Assembly (NCBI GenBank): GCA_051294375.1
Contig: CM119265.1
Coordinates: forward strand, 8,502,772 to 8,566,771
Length of the DNA stretch: 64,000 nucleotides
Direction: 5' to 3'
From: Paraspadella gotoi
Lineage: Eukaryota > Animalia > Chaetognatha
Shown: piece after piece, positions 63,492 to 64,000 of the stretch
Position numbering within the stretch: position 1 is the stretch's first letter
Layout of the letters: every line of letters starts with the position of its first letter
Translations under genes and position numbers: made by a program
Notes under the pieces: model-generated
Databases searched by the model: none
Seen by the model: the letters and a program-made list of their open reading frames with translations, nothing else
What the model was told of the DNA's origin: nothing

Positions 63492-64000
63492 TTTTTCTTT
63501 CTTTCTTTCTAACTTTGGGGCCTGTGCATAAAACAAATAGTCCAAAAAAAATCCATATATATACGAGAAACTTTTAACAGCAATTCACGTTTTTTCCATG
63601 TAATGTGTCTCCTTTTTTTACAAATGTATTTTTCCTTTATGGTTTTCCGAGAAAAGCTTCTTTCACTCAATGAGTCATTGCAGACCATAACGGTCGCTTG
63701 TAAGGAAGTAAACGATTACAGAAAACAACGTGAAGACGTATCGTAACGTAAGCTAAGCCTCGTTTTGCGTTCACCGACCTTTTGTAACGACAACGTTCCG
63801 TTTTTAACGACGAAATCCAGACGGAATCACCATCACGATCCAACTCTCGATGGTGGCCTTTGATTGGTGGCCTTTCAACCAATCAGCGTTCGGCTGTCGA
63901 CTTCCCAGTTTCATCTTCGGCGTCTTCGGCGGCGCCAGCAACGTTCTCGTTCTCCTCGTCACGTTGGATCGATGCGTCGCCGTTTATTTTCCCAGATTGG
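63128..64000 (+). CDS. Class A (rhodopsin-like) GPCR, probably a peptide receptor; 5' part
   Basis: Exon 63128-63368 (N-glycosylation sites, TM1 FGLIGNLLIIVVLL, YLFFMAVS) splices in phase 1 to 63821 (D..WWPF..FGCRL..ASNVLVLLVTLDRCVAVYFP); runs off the window. Confidence 0.9.

Overview
Intron-rich animal (invertebrate-like) genomic DNA from a draft assembly with three N-gaps, many indel errors and abundant (AG)n/(CT)n microsatellites; the organism cannot be identified from this window. Recognisable genes are a frameshift-riddled ankyrin/kelch region and talin head fragment (1.4-8 kb, probably a poorly corrected long read), a clean 6-exon matrin/CIZ1-type zinc-finger gene, a PP2C-family pyruvate dehydrogenase phosphatase, five intact tRNAs plus one probable tRNA-Leu pseudogene, and the start of a class A GPCR. 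A 14-exon type II membrane protein gene (35161-~61310) ends in a glycine-rich domain resembling phage tail-fibre proteins and carries a complete same-strand 7-exon gene inside one intron. The most striking non-coding signal is three dispersed-repeat families that each fold by eye into a circularly permuted (type P5) twister ribozyme, with compensatory changes between families and a P1 reduced to a self-complementary hexamer; one sits directly behind a tRNA-like head. Minimal Penelope-type hammerheads are also present. All folds and homologies were assigned by eye and need computational and experimental confirmation.
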